Shown piece after piece: positions 29,423 through 40,199 of a DNA stretch of 64,000 nucleotides. A program made the translations under genes and the position numbers. The notes beneath the pieces were generated by a model. That model had not been told where the DNA came from and made no database searches. It saw only the letters and a list, made by a program, of their open reading frames with translations. Each line of letters opens with the position of its first letter. Positions within the stretch are counted from its first letter, which is position 1. Source of the stretch: Candidatus Bathyarchaeia archaeon (GTDB taxonomy: Archaea > Thermoproteota > Bathyarchaeia > Bathyarchaeales > Bathycorpusculaceae); assembly GCA_049516875.1 (NCBI GenBank), contig JBEKSS010000002.1, positions 199,336 through 263,335 of the forward strand, read 5' to 3'.

Positions 29423-30874
29423 TCAGCGTTTCTCGATTCTCCATTTGACGCCTTGAGGTGTGTCCTCAATCGAAATGCCCATGGCTTTGAGCCGTTGCCT
29501 AATTTCGTCAGCAGTCTTCCAGTCTTTAGTTTTTCTTGCTCCTTCTCTTTGCAGAATAAGCTCTTCAGCCTCTCTTGACAATTTTCCCTCCTTCTTGACT
29601 TCGCCTATGACGCCAAGAACCTTGTCAAACTTAAGCATTAGGCTATAAACTTCTTGCGCCTCCTCTTTGCTCAGCATTTTTCCGTCAAGAAGATTATTAA
29701 CGTCTCTGACGAAATCGAAAAGTGCAGCCAAGGCCACGCTTATGTTCAAATCATCGTCCATAGCCTCTCCAAAACCCTTTTGCACCCGACCAATCAGCAG
29801 CTTAATCTGTTCTCCGCTACCTTTGCCCTCAGCGTCCAACAGGCGGTGGACAAAGTTTGTCAGTCTGTCAAGAGTGTTTTTTGCAGCTTCCAAACCTTCG
29901 AACGTGAAGTTGACCTGTTGCCTGTAATGCGTCGCCAGCAGCAGATATCGAATTGCCTTTGGGTCGTAGCCTTTGGTTGTTAAGTCTCGCACGGTGTAGT
30001 AGTTGCCCAGCCTCTTCGCCATTTTTCTGCCTTCGACAAGCAAATGCTCACAATGGAGCCAGTAGTTCACGAATTTCTTGTCAGTGGCTGCCTCGCTTTG
30101 TGCAATCTCGTTTTCATGATGTGGGAACAAGTTGTCCACGCCGCCGCAGTGAATGTCCAATGTTTCACCCAGATACTTCATCGACATCGCCGAGCACTCG
30201 ATGTGCCATCCAGGCCTCCCCTTTCCAAACGGCGCCTCCCAAAAGACATCTCCATCCTCTTCGCTCCACGCCTTCCACAACGCGAAATCCTGCGCCTCTT
30301 CCTTAGCGTACTCGTCAACTTTCACTCTTGCACCCGGCTTAAGATTTTCAACCTTGATGTTCGCCAGCTTCCCATAGTCCTTAAACTTCGAGATGCCATA
30401 GTATATTGAGCCGTCTTCGCCTCGGTAGGCGTAGCCTTTCTCCATCAACCTCGTGATCAACGCCAACATCTCAGGAACGTGCTCCGTCGCCTTCGGATAA
30501 TACTCTGCTTTTTCAATGTTCAACGTCGCAACATCTTCAAAGAAAGCCTTTATGTAAGGTTCCGTGTATTCGTTGAGCGGTACGCCATTCTTCCTAGAAG
30601 CCTTAATCGTTCTGTCATCCACATCCGTCAGGTTCATGACCTGAGTGACCCTAAAACCACGGTACTCAAGCCACCTCCTCAGCAGATCCTCGAAAACAAA
30701 CGCCCGAAAATTCCCTATGTGGCCAAAGTCATAAACCGTAAGCCCACACGTGTACATCCTAACCTTTCCCTTTTCAACTGGAACGAACCTCTCCTTCTCA
30801 CGCGTCAAACTGTTGAAAAACCGAATATTAGTAGCTTCAGATCCCATGAACTTTCCCATCAAACCAGCAATCAA
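29423..30874 (-). CDS. cysS: Cysteine-tRNA ligase (true start probably a downstream ATG)
   Basis: MYTCGLTVYD, HIGN, DFALWK, GRPGWHIECSAM, FPHHENE, KMAKR. Confidence 0.97.
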   Translation of the reverse strand: MIAGLMGKFMGSEATNIRFFNSLTREKERFVPVEKGKVRMYTCGLTVYDFGHIGNFRAFVFEDLLRRWLEYRGFRVTQVMNLTDVDDRTIKASRKNGVPLNEYTEPYIKAFFEDVATLNIEKAEYYPKATEHVPEMLALITRLMEKGYAYRGEDGSIYYGISKFKDYGKLANIKVENLKPGARVKVDEYAKEEAQDFALWKAWSEEDGDVFWEAPFGKGRPGWHIECSAMSMKYLGETLDIHCGGVDNLFPHHENEIAQSEAATDKKFVNYWLHCEHLLVEGRKMAKRLGNYYTVRDLTTKGYDPKAIRYLLLATHYRQQVNFTFEGLEAAKNTLDRLTNFVHRLLDAEGKGSGEQIKLLIGRVQKGFGEAMDDDLNISVALAALFDFVRDVNNLLDGKMLSKEEAQEVYSLMLKFDKVLGVIGEVKKEGKLSREAEELILQREGARKTKDWKTADEIRQRLKAMGISIEDTPQGVKWRIEKR

Positions 30875-31223
30875 ACATATTTCAACACATAATCTATCCA
30901 GTTAAAGTAACACGTTTCCCATGAAACACGTGAAACATAAAAACTGATGTGCGCGAGCGCTTTAATGAAGGTTGCGCTTAGTTTAGAAGTCTTCAGTTCA
31001 AGCGCGTTCTGGAAGAAACTTAACCCTTATTTGAAGAAATAGAAAAATGGGGTTTTGCGGCAGATGTCTCCACCTCTGACCAACTTTTCAACCAACTCGC
31101 CAGCCTTTCGGAATGACTCGCCGATATTTATCCTCTCTTCCCAGAGATTCCCAGTGCGCGCTGAAAGCTCGAGGCAAAGCAAAGCAAAATCTATTAGCAA
31201 AACAAGAACTGTCTTAAGGAGCT

Positions 31224-31592
31224 TTGGAAATGAAAAAATCAAACAGAATGCCTGGCCGAGTGATCACTTTTGCCACAGACGGCGACCTTGCGATACACGT
31301 GACAGATTTGGGAAAAGCAGAAGATTTCTACAGTGAGGTTTTGGGGTTTAGACTCTTGGAAAGAACAAATGAGCGGCTTGTTTATGATACTGGCAAAATC
31401 ACCCTCTACATCATAATGGACGACAAGGTTGTCCCATTCATTCCAGCCCTCGAAGTTGGCGACTACAAGAAAGCAAAACAATATCTTACAAAGAATGGTT
31501 GTAGAGTGAACAAAGAATGGCCTGAAGACAAAGCACTGTATTTTGAAGACCCCTTCGGCATTATCATTGATAGGAAAAACTTTCCAGCGTAA
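31224..31592 (+). CDS. VOC/glyoxalase family protein
   Basis: IHVTDLGKAEDFYSEVLGF, LYFEDPFG. Confidence 0.85.
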   Translation: MEMKKSNRMPGRVITFATDGDLAIHVTDLGKAEDFYSEVLGFRLLERTNERLVYDTGKITLYIIMDDKVVPFIPALEVGDYKKAKQYLTKNGCRVNKEWPEDKALYFEDPFGIIIDRKNFPA

Positions 31593-31680
31593 CTAAGCCC
31601 TAGGTCAGACTGCGCTAAGACACCCTGTGATGAATCAGAACAATTCAAGTGGGCAACAGCCTATCACGGGCTGCAATGGC

Positions 31681-34356
31681 TCAAATCCCGCCCACATTTT
31701 CGGGTGGAGCCTCGTGACCCCTGGGTTCTCCTTCTACGCGGACAACTGATTTCTTGCGTCTCAACATCACAACCGACAGCAGCGCAGCCACCGCTGCAAC
31801 CAACGTCGATGCTAGAATAGCGTACTGTGGCACGGTCCAGTTTCCACGCTCAGCCTTCAAAGTAGAAACGTCACGTTCAACATTGGAGACGTCGCTCTCA
31901 ACCTGCCCGACTCCCTGAATCAGAATTGTCGCCTTCTCATCCTTAATCTCAGTCACTGTGCCATTAATTATGCCCAAAACAGTCTCAATAGTCGCCGTCG
32001 TCCCGCTTATTGCTATGACGTTAAAGCCTATCGCGCCGAGGTCAGACTGAATGGTTCCCAAAGATGAGTTGAGCGTTACAGACTCTCCTTCAACACGCGT
32101 TAACGTCGCGTTGAGCGCGTCAAGGCGCACGTTCACTAAGCCCAAATCTGTCTGTATTACTCCGACACCCTCGTCGACGCCGATCAGCCGAGCGTTCCAG
32201 CCCGAAAGGGTTGGGCTCACCAGGAACGACTTGAATGCTGTTCCTTTTGATTGAACAGTGCTTGCTGAGTATTCTGCAGTAACAACCAATGCGTAAGAGC
32301 CTGTCGAAGCATTGCTGGGCAACGTGTAGGAAGCTTTGTAAAGCCCTTGTGCAACCGATTGAACCGGCAAAGTTTCGTTCGAGCCGTCAGGCTTATACAG
32401 CAAGGCACTTGTGACTGTGGCGTTAGCTGCGGATCCGTTGAAGGCGGTGTAGACTTGAAACGTGACAATCTCGTCTCTGAACTGAATCGCGCCTACATCT
32501 ACCTGAACATTCAGGGGGGTGACATCGACGACCGTGAAGTTGGCCTCAGCAAAAACGTTGGAATCATAAGCCTTGACAAGCCATGTTTCAGCCGTCGAGA
32601 ATGGCACGTTGAAAGTAAACGTGAAATCGCCAAAATCATCTGTAGCAGCATAACCGACGAACATGTCATTAAACGTGACGCTCACCAGACCGTTGGGAGT
32701 AAACTCGACGCCTGTCACTGTCACGCCGGTTCCCACAGGACCTCTCGACGGATTCAAAGTGACCAAGAAATGCACGTTAACCGTCACTGATATCACATTG
32801 TCACTGACAATAGTCTCGCCAGCAACAGGCAAAACATACATGGTCACGTTGTACGTGCGACTCTCGAGAGGATTCCACAAGAGCATGACATTGGCGAACG
32901 AGCCACTTGCCACATAACCAACGACCGCCGAATCAGCGACGCTCCCATCCACCAAAAGCCTCACATTAACGTTACTTTCGCTGCTTGATCCAAAATTAAG
33001 TACGTTGACTCCAAGGAAAACCATATCTCCAGGCTGAACAAGCGCCGGCAAATCATACCTGAACAGGAACAGATCCTGCTGTAACGGTTCCTGTTCAACG
33101 GCTTTCCGCGCATTAACTCTTCCAGCACCATAAACTACGTCAAAACCAGGGCCTCCCAAATCGTCAGCCGTGAAGCTCAATTGGCCTCTAACCCAGTTTG
33201 CCGTCGCGTTGGGAAACCTGCTCCAGATCAAAGCAGCTACACCAACGGCGTGTGGACAAGCCATCGACGTGCCACTCAAGTAATCATAATCCATGTTGTA
33301 ACCTTCATCGTTGAGGGCAACGTGGTACGTAGGCATTGTTGAATACACGTGAACCCCCGGTGCTGAGACCGCAATCCAGCTTCCCCAGTTTGAAAATGCT
33401 GCCTTTGTGTCAAACTGATCTGTAGCCGCCACGGCGACAACCTCGTCGTAGGCTGCGGGGTAAAACTTCGAATTAGTATTCGAGTTTCCCGCGGCAGCGA
33501 CAACCAAGACGCCATGTCCGTATGCGTACTGAACTGCATCATGTATGAGAAAGCTGTCATAATCACTGCCCCAACTCATGCTCAGGATGCGCGCGCCTTG
33601 ATCCACCGCGTCTATAATTGCGTATGCCAAGTCTATCTCAAAACCGTAACCGGTGCTGTTCAACGCCTTCTCGGCCATGATGCTAACCTGCCCAACCCCT
33701 GCGATGCCCACTGCATTGCTCAGCACGGCTCCTATTATTCCAGCGAGATGCGTCCCATGTCCATTATCGTCGAGAGGATTGTTGTCGTTGTTAACCCAGT
33801 CATAGCCAAGAGCAACATAGTTGTTCTTGAGATCAGGATGGTTGTAATCAATGCCTGTATCAATGACAGCCACGATTATAGACGAATTTCCTTTAGTCGT
33901 GTTCCACGCCCAGTCAGCCTGAATCTTCGGCAGTGCCCATTGATTGCTGTAGTATGGATCATTTGGAACAAACTGTGCCTTAAACACCATGTTGGGTTCC
34001 ACGTATCTTGCTAAACCCGCCCCTTCAGCCTCGTTCAGGAGAATTGACAAATTAGCTGATGGCACGTCGACAACCATCGCGATGGTCTGACCTTTGGCTG
34101 GGACCTTGCTGACACTTTTTCCTCCTGTTCTCAAGACAAGATTTGTCAAATCGTCACAGGCCCGCGGACGTGTCTGGTTCACACCTATAACAACTCGACA
34201 CGGATCACCATTGAATAAGGCAAGACCACTATGCCCCTTTGGTTCAGCCAAACTTGAATTCTGAAAAACAGAAACACAAGAGGCAACGTTGTTAACACTT
34301 ACAACAACTATTAATGCCAAGACAAATGCCGCAAAATGCTTCAACATAACTTCCAC
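31681..34356 (-). CDS. Secreted, membrane-anchored S8 subtilase with CARDB/Ig-like domains
   Basis: Signal peptide, VAVIDTGID, DDNGHGTH, GTSMACPH catalytic triad; C-terminal TM followed by RRKK. Confidence 0.93.
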   Translation of the reverse strand: MEVMLKHFAAFVLALIVVVSVNNVASCVSVFQNSSLAEPKGHSGLALFNGDPCRVVIGVNQTRPRACDDLTNLVLRTGGKSVSKVPAKGQTIAMVVDVPSANLSILLNEAEGAGLARYVEPNMVFKAQFVPNDPYYSNQWALPKIQADWAWNTTKGNSSIIVAVIDTGIDYNHPDLKNNYVALGYDWVNNDNNPLDDNGHGTHLAGIIGAVLSNAVGIAGVGQVSIMAEKALNSTGYGFEIDLAYAIIDAVDQGARILSMSWGSDYDSFLIHDAVQYAYGHGVLVVAAAGNSNTNSKFYPAAYDEVVAVAATDQFDTKAAFSNWGSWIAVSAPGVHVYSTMPTYHVALNDEGYNMDYDYLSGTSMACPHAVGVAALIWSRFPNATANWVRGQLSFTADDLGGPGFDVVYGAGRVNARKAVEQEPLQQDLFLFRYDLPALVQPGDMVFLGVNVLNFGSSSESNVNVRLLVDGSVADSAVVGYVASGSFANVMLLWNPLESRTYNVTMYVLPVAGETIVSDNVISVTVNVHFLVTLNPSRGPVGTGVTVTGVEFTPNGLVSVTFNDMFVGYAATDDFGDFTFTFNVPFSTAETWLVKAYDSNVFAEANFTVVDVTPLNVQVDVGAIQFRDEIVTFQVYTAFNGSAANATVTSALLYKPDGSNETLPVQSVAQGLYKASYTLPSNASTGSYALVVTAEYSASTVQSKGTAFKSFLVSPTLSGWNARLIGVDEGVGVIQTDLGLVNVRLDALNATLTRVEGESVTLNSSLGTIQSDLGAIGFNVIAISGTTATIETVLGIINGTVTEIKDEKATILIQGVGQVESDVSNVERDVSTLKAERGNWTVPQYAILASTLVAAVAALLSVVMLRRKKSVVRVEGEPRGHEAPPENVGGI

Positions 34357-34522
34357 AATTCCCCGCGAAACACTATTTCGAGAATATTCTAAACCATAGA
34401 GATATAAGACTTAGGGCTCTCCGACTGGGCAGGCGTCGCGCGCGCCTCTCTTCTCAGCCCGAGAAAAGACCAATCAAAAACCTTTTCAAACTCCAATGAT
34501 TATCTTACAGTGGTTTGCAGTT

Positions 34523-37500
34523 ATGTCAGATGCGCCCAACGTAGAGTCAATTCTGAATCTGGCAACGGAGTGTGAAGTAGGTTATGATTGGTTGGGCGCG
34601 GTTCAGTTTTATGAGAAAGCATTGAGGTTGATGCCTGAAGATGATTCTTTGAGAATGGGGCAGGCTCAAGAGAAAATTGGGTACGCTCTGCGTCGGGCCG
34701 CTATGCAGGCTGAAAACCAAGAAGAGTTCAAGAAAAGAACGGAACTGGCAATTAAAGCCTACGAGAAGGCAGAAGGGTTATATGAAAAGCTTGTGGATCA
34801 TCAGAACGCTGGGCGAATGCCTCGCTGTTCAGCCATAGCTAAATATCTCTCTTACTGGCTCACCACATGTCCTTCTGAAAAGAGGAAAGTTCTCGATGAA
34901 TGCTTAGAGTTGGAAGGCAAAGCTTTGGCAGATTTCTCCCAGTCAGGAGAGATGCTAGAATACGGCAGGACATACAATGAATTATCGCTGGTCTTTTTCG
35001 ACAGAGCGTATCTTGAATGGGATAGAGAAAAGTTGAAAGAGATTGTGGAAAGGGGAATGCAATGGGGAGAGAAGGCAGTTGCAGCATTTTCAAAACTTGC
35101 CGATGAATATGAGTCTACCAGAGCCCATGCTGGTTTGACTGCCTGTTTGACCCTTTATGCGGATTGGTTGGTTGCGGAACTGGAAGAGTCCGATAAGACT
35201 CGCCTAAGAAGCGTGGAATACCTCAACGCAGCTGTTGGTTTTTCCGAAAAGGTCGGTGATGCGCACCTCTTGGGGTTCTCACATTTTTGGTGGGGAAGGA
35301 ATACAGCAGGAGAAGAATCGATAAGACATTTCGAAAAAGTATTAGAATGTGGCAAACTGACGCGGGACAACTTCCTAATTGCAGAAGGCCTCGATAACTT
35401 GGCATACGGCAATTTTTGGAAAGCATTGGCAACGGAAGATCCTGAAAAAAGAATAGAAGTGGCTGAAAGAGCTATACAGCTGTACGAGAAAGGCCAGCAT
35501 CATTTCTCTATAATATCCTTCATAAACCCCAGGGGAGGGGTGATACCTCCACCAGCTGGTCATGCCGAGCATTACTATTACCTAGCCCGATGGGAAACCG
35601 ACGCCAAAAAAAGACGCGACCTGCTGCTAAGATCTGAAGAGGTTGGAATGGAGGCTCTGAAGCTGGCCGAGGATTCTGACATCCCACTTGTTATCGTAGA
35701 CGTTCTTCACGTAATCAGCAAAACTCTTGCAAAGCACGCGTCGTCAGAACAGGACCTCACAGAAAAAAGAGGTCTCTTAGCAAGTGCTTTGAAATACAGG
35801 GAAAAAGAAATTCAAATCCGTGAACAATTGACACCTTTTGACTATTGGAATCTGGGAAGTGACAAAATCTCTCTTGCGGGGATTAAGTCGGAACTGGCTT
35901 ACCTTCAGACAGATCCAGACAACGAAAGGAAACTTCTTGAAGAAGCAAGTTTGAACATAGAAGAGGGTCTCAAGTCATGCGGCAAAATCGTGCCGATGGG
36001 GGAGAGACAAGGCGAAACTTGGTTCTTTGCAGAACTTCGAGACAGCCAAGACGCCTGTGCCGCGATACTGTCGCGTCTCTGCAATCTTACGAGCCAATCA
36101 GAATACCTAAGAAAAGCGATAGAAATCTCACAGAAGGCAGTCGAATCAGCCAACAAGCTTGACCTGATGAGTCGTGTGGCAGAATCTGAATGGAAAATCG
36201 CCAAGGCACAAGACGTTCTGGGAGAACACTCGGATGCTGCCCAGAATTTTGAACATGCTTCAAAAAGCTACGTGAAAGCCGCTGAAAAAATCCCACAGCT
36301 GAAAGACGTCTATCAACATTATGCCCTTTACATGCAGGCTTGGAGCGAAATCGAGAAGGCAAAACACCATCATGCGAGACAAGAATACGGGTTGGCTAAG
36401 GAACACTTCGGAAAAGCAGCCAGCCTACATAATTCGTTAAAACAATGGAGTTACCTAGCTCCAAACTATTTTGCCTGGACGCAAGTTGAAGGGGCAGAGG
36501 ATCTGAGCAGGAGCGAACGAAGTGAAGAAGCACTCCAAGCATTCCGAGAGGCCGCTGACCTATTCGAAGAAACCAAGAAAACCATACAGACTGAACTCGT
36601 CAAAATTGAAGGACCAGACGAAAAGCAGATGGCAACAAGCGTGCTCAAGGCAACCGACATAAGGCGCGAGTACTGCATGGCCAGAATCGCCCTCGAGGAA
36701 GCGAAAATTCTCGACAGGAAAGGCGATCACTACTTGAGCTCCGAAAAATACGGTTCAGCAGCTGAAACCTTCGAGAAAATAAGCCACGTCTCGGAATCGG
36801 AACGAGACCGAAAGGAACTCAAGCTTGTCAGCATCCTGTCTCGAGCTTGGCAGAAGATGACACAAGCCGAGGCTGAAGCATCACCTTCAATGTACATGGA
36901 AGCTTCTCAGCTCTTCGAGCAAGCCAAGGAGTTCAGCCCAAACGAGAGAGCAAGGATGTTAGCACTGGGACACAGTCGCTTCTGCAGAGCACTTGAGGCT
37001 GGAACAAGATTCGCCGACACGAGAGACGCAACGTTCCACGCAGTTGCAGAACAGCAATTAGAAATCGCCGCCGAGTACTACGTGAAAGCTGGTTTTCAGA
37101 ACGCTTCAGAATATTCGGAAGCAATGGGGCATCTTTTTGACGCCTACGTATACATGGACGACGCCAAGAAAGAAAAAGACCCTGAGAAAAAGGCCAAAAT
37201 CTACGCAATGGCTGAAAAGGTCTTACAATCGTCAGCCGGTTCATTCATGAAGGCTGAGCACCCAGAAAAAATGGAGCAAGTGCAGAGACTGCTGGAGAAG
37301 GTGAAGAAGGAACGGGAACTAGCTACCTCTCTTAACGAGATGTTGCACGCACCTTCGGCAGTTTCAACAACAGTGGCCTTCGTCACTCCTACTCCAAATC
37401 AAGAAAACGCAACAGGCTTAGAAAGATTCGAACACGCCGACATACAGGCCAGCGTCATAACCAGCCGAAAGGAGCTAAAGGTCGGCGAAGACTTCGAAGT

Positions 37501-37837
37501 AGAAATAGAACTTGTGAACGCTGGAAAGGGTACTGCCCTTTTGACCAAGATTACGGATCTCATTCCTGAAAGCTTTGAGCTGAAGGAAAAACCCGAAAGC
37601 TGTCGTGTAGAGGGCAGCTATCTCAACATGAAAGGTAGAAGACTCGACTCCTTGAAGACAGAAGAGGTGAAGCTTGTTCTAAAGCCAAAAGCCAAAGGAG
37701 TATTCGAGTTGAAGCCAAGAGTATTGTATCTCGACGAAAACGGCAAATACAGAACTCATGAACCAGAAGCAACAACAGTGACTGTCAGCGAAATGGGAAT
37801 ATCTGGTTGGCTCAAAGGACCAGGAAAGGCAAAATAA
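34523..37837 (+). CDS. Large TPR-like alpha-solenoid protein with C-terminal Ig-like domain
   Basis: ~1100 aa of Ala/Glu/Lys/Tyr-rich helical repeats; C-terminal beta region VGEDFEVEIELVNAGKG...LKPRVLYLDE. Confidence 0.8.
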   Translation: MSDAPNVESILNLATECEVGYDWLGAVQFYEKALRLMPEDDSLRMGQAQEKIGYALRRAAMQAENQEEFKKRTELAIKAYEKAEGLYEKLVDHQNAGRMPRCSAIAKYLSYWLTTCPSEKRKVLDECLELEGKALADFSQSGEMLEYGRTYNELSLVFFDRAYLEWDREKLKEIVERGMQWGEKAVAAFSKLADEYESTRAHAGLTACLTLYADWLVAELEESDKTRLRSVEYLNAAVGFSEKVGDAHLLGFSHFWWGRNTAGEESIRHFEKVLECGKLTRDNFLIAEGLDNLAYGNFWKALATEDPEKRIEVAERAIQLYEKGQHHFSIISFINPRGGVIPPPAGHAEHYYYLARWETDAKKRRDLLLRSEEVGMEALKLAEDSDIPLVIVDVLHVISKTLAKHASSEQDLTEKRGLLASALKYREKEIQIREQLTPFDYWNLGSDKISLAGIKSELAYLQTDPDNERKLLEEASLNIEEGLKSCGKIVPMGERQGETWFFAELRDSQDACAAILSRLCNLTSQSEYLRKAIEISQKAVESANKLDLMSRVAESEWKIAKAQDVLGEHSDAAQNFEHASKSYVKAAEKIPQLKDVYQHYALYMQAWSEIEKAKHHHARQEYGLAKEHFGKAASLHNSLKQWSYLAPNYFAWTQVEGAEDLSRSERSEEALQAFREAADLFEETKKTIQTELVKIEGPDEKQMATSVLKATDIRREYCMARIALEEAKILDRKGDHYLSSEKYGSAAETFEKISHVSESERDRKELKLVSILSRAWQKMTQAEAEASPSMYMEASQLFEQAKEFSPNERARMLALGHSRFCRALEAGTRFADTRDATFHAVAEQQLEIAAEYYVKAGFQNASEYSEAMGHLFDAYVYMDDAKKEKDPEKKAKIYAMAEKVLQSSAGSFMKAEHPEKMEQVQRLLEKVKKERELATSLNEMLHAPSAVSTTVAFVTPTPNQENATGLERFEHADIQASVITSRKELKVGEDFEVEIELVNAGKGTALLTKITDLIPESFELKEKPESCRVEGSYLNMKGRRLDSLKTEEVKLVLKPKAKGVFELKPRVLYLDENGKYRTHEPEATTVTVSEMGISGWLKGPGKAK

Positions 37838-37839
37838 AC

Positions 37840-37920
37840 CTACATGAAAGACTTGTTCTATTCTCATACTCGATGAGCCTATGGTGGCTTGGACTCCACC
37901 AATTAGAAGAGCAATCAGAG
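37840..37920 (+). pseudogene. Possible relic of an ABC ATPase (Walker B/D-loop fragment)
   Basis: Across frame changes reads LHE..ILILDEP..GLD...RRAI. Confidence 0.3.
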
Positions 37921-38374
37921 GATGGCATTTTGGCGAAGCACGCGTGCACGCCGTTTGCATGCGCTTTCGGGGTTAATTCCCACTTGGCATTAGACAAGTT
38001 TCTCAGGATCTCATGAATTGTGGAACCATAGCCCGTAAAAAAAGACAAACTGTATAATTGAAACCCAACAGAACACGAGAGCGCGCTCCAACACTTGATA
38101 GTCTCTATTTATCTGGCATCAAAACCTGAAAGAGGACTTGAGCTCGTTCAAATCGAAGTTCAAGAAAATCATGGTTCAGGTGCTCTGGAGCAAGGGTTCG
38201 AATTTCACATGGAACGTGAATAGGATACACCTGCACAGCATGCTATTGCCAGCCGGCGTTTCGATAATCACATTGAACCCAACCTTTAGCATGCTAAGCG
38301 TATTGCTGATCTGGAAAACCTTTTAACGGAACAACGGTCAAACTATCTCTCCAATTCGAGAAGAGGGGAATGTT

Positions 38375-39244
38375 TTGACCGAAATCAAGAAAGTCGCAGT
38401 TTTGGGTGCGGGCTTGATGGGGCACGGCATCGCCCAGGTGGCCGCCCAGACTGGCAAGTACGAGGTGAACCTCAGAGATATCGAGCAACGGTTCATCGAC
38501 GGCGGCATGGGCATGGTTCGGGAGAGTCTTCAGCGGTTTGTCAATAAAGGACAGCTCACCGAGTCAGACATGAGCGCCATACTCGCAAGAATTCATCCCA
38601 TGCTGGACTTGGAACAAGCCGTTTGTGACGCTGACTTGATAATCGAGGCTGTGCCTGAAAACGTTGAGCTGAAAAAGGCAATGTTCCGCGAAGTCGACGG
38701 TTGCGCTCCCGTCCACGCCATAATCGCCTCTAACACTTCTTCCGTAAGCATAACCGAAATAGCCTCAGCCACCAAACGACCAGAAAAAGTGTGCGGAATG
38801 CACTTCTTCAACCCGCCACAACTCATGAAACTCATAGAGGTCATCAGGGGAGCAAGAACCTCAGACGAAACCGTAAAAACAGTCCTAGACGTCGCCCACA
38901 AGATGGAGAAAGAAACCGTCCTCGTGAAGAAAGACTGTCCCGGGTTCATAGTGAACCGCATACTCATTCCAGCACTGAACGAAGCCGTGGCAATATTCTG
39001 GGAAGGAATCGCCGACAGAGACGACATAGACAAAGCCATAAAGCTCGGACTAAACTGGCCTATGGGCCCGCTGATGCTGCTCGACTACATAGGCTCGGAC
39101 ACAACACTGGCCATAGCAGAAGTTCTCACCCGCGAACTTGATCCAAAGTTCCACCCAACCACAGGACTGAAACAAATGGCAAAAGCCCAGCTCCTAGGCA
39201 GAAAAACCGGCAAAGGCTTCTACGATTGGACACAGAAAACATGA
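38375..39244 (+). CDS. 3-hydroxyacyl(butyryl)-CoA dehydrogenase
   Basis: VLGAGLMGHGIA, IEAVPE, ASNTSS, GMHFFNP, PGFIVNR, PMGPL. Confidence 0.95.
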   Translation: MTEIKKVAVLGAGLMGHGIAQVAAQTGKYEVNLRDIEQRFIDGGMGMVRESLQRFVNKGQLTESDMSAILARIHPMLDLEQAVCDADLIIEAVPENVELKKAMFREVDGCAPVHAIIASNTSSVSITEIASATKRPEKVCGMHFFNPPQLMKLIEVIRGARTSDETVKTVLDVAHKMEKETVLVKKDCPGFIVNRILIPALNEAVAIFWEGIADRDDIDKAIKLGLNWPMGPLMLLDYIGSDTTLAIAEVLTRELDPKFHPTTGLKQMAKAQLLGRKTGKGFYDWTQKT

Positions 39245-39257
39245 GAGGCAAACGACG

Positions 39258-40040
39258 ATGGAGTTCAAGTACATAATCTACGAGAAAAGTGAAGGAATAG
39301 CCACAATCATCCTGAACCGTCCCGAAGCGTTAAACGCCTTCAGCAAAGAAGTCGTGGAAGAAATCATGCACGCCCTCGAAGACGTCAAGAACGACGAAAA
39401 CGTCCGCGTCGTCATACTAACCGGAGCCGGCGAAAAAGCGTTCTCAGCAGGCATGGACATAAAAGCAATGATTGGAATGACCGTCCTCAAAGCCCGGGAA
39501 ATCTCACTCATGGGAGAAAAACTGTGCCTCGCACTGGAAAACTTGGAAAAGCCAGTTATCGCGGCCCTGAACGGTTACGCTCTGGGCGGAGGATTGGAAG
39601 TTGCCATGTCATGCGACCTCCGCATAGCCTCCGAGAACGCCCGAATGGGACAAACAGAAATCAACTTTGGCTTAATCCCAGGCTGGGGCGGAACCCAGAG
39701 GCTCACACGCTTGATTGGCCGAACAAAGGCGAAAGAACTAGTCTTCACAGGGAAGATGATCGATGCAAAAACTGCAGAACAGCTGGGCATAGTAAACATG
39801 GTAGTCGCATCAGACAAGTTCAAGGAAACAGTCAGACAGTTCGCCCTAGAACTCGCGTCCAAAGCTCCCGTAGCCATCAGAGTCGCAAAGGCCCTAATCA
39901 ACAAGGGCGCAGACATAGCCTTAGACTCAGCACTGGCGCTGGAACGGGAAGGCTTCGGCGTCGTCGCATCCACAGAAGACCTAAAGGAGGGCGTCTCAGC
40001 CTTCACAGAGAAGAGAAAACCAACTTTCAAAGGCAAATAG
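39258..40040 (+). CDS. Enoyl-CoA hydratase/crotonase
   Basis: LNRPEALNA, AFSAGMD, ALGGGLE, GQTEINFGLIPGWGGTQRL. Confidence 0.95.
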   Translation: MEFKYIIYEKSEGIATIILNRPEALNAFSKEVVEEIMHALEDVKNDENVRVVILTGAGEKAFSAGMDIKAMIGMTVLKAREISLMGEKLCLALENLEKPVIAALNGYALGGGLEVAMSCDLRIASENARMGQTEINFGLIPGWGGTQRLTRLIGRTKAKELVFTGKMIDAKTAEQLGIVNMVVASDKFKETVRQFALELASKAPVAIRVAKALINKGADIALDSALALEREGFGVVASTEDLKEGVSAFTEKRKPTFKGK

Positions 40041-40199
40041 CAGCCTTCCACAATCTCCGCAGCTTCTCCACAACTACAGCCGTCTCCAAACCATCAAACT
40101 GAATTCTTCAGTTTTTCCTCAAAAGTGATATATGCAGGCAAATCAAAGGGCCTCTGTCAATCTGAATGCAACAAGAGAGCAAAGAGTGTGAAACACTGG

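Noticed and set aside
31027-31242. ORF resembling a fragment of the TPR family
   Set aside because: Similarity is limited to a few residues in a generic helical pattern.
38150-38230. GGGTTCGAAT as a possible tRNA T-loop
   Set aside because: No acceptor, D or anticodon stems could be built around it.
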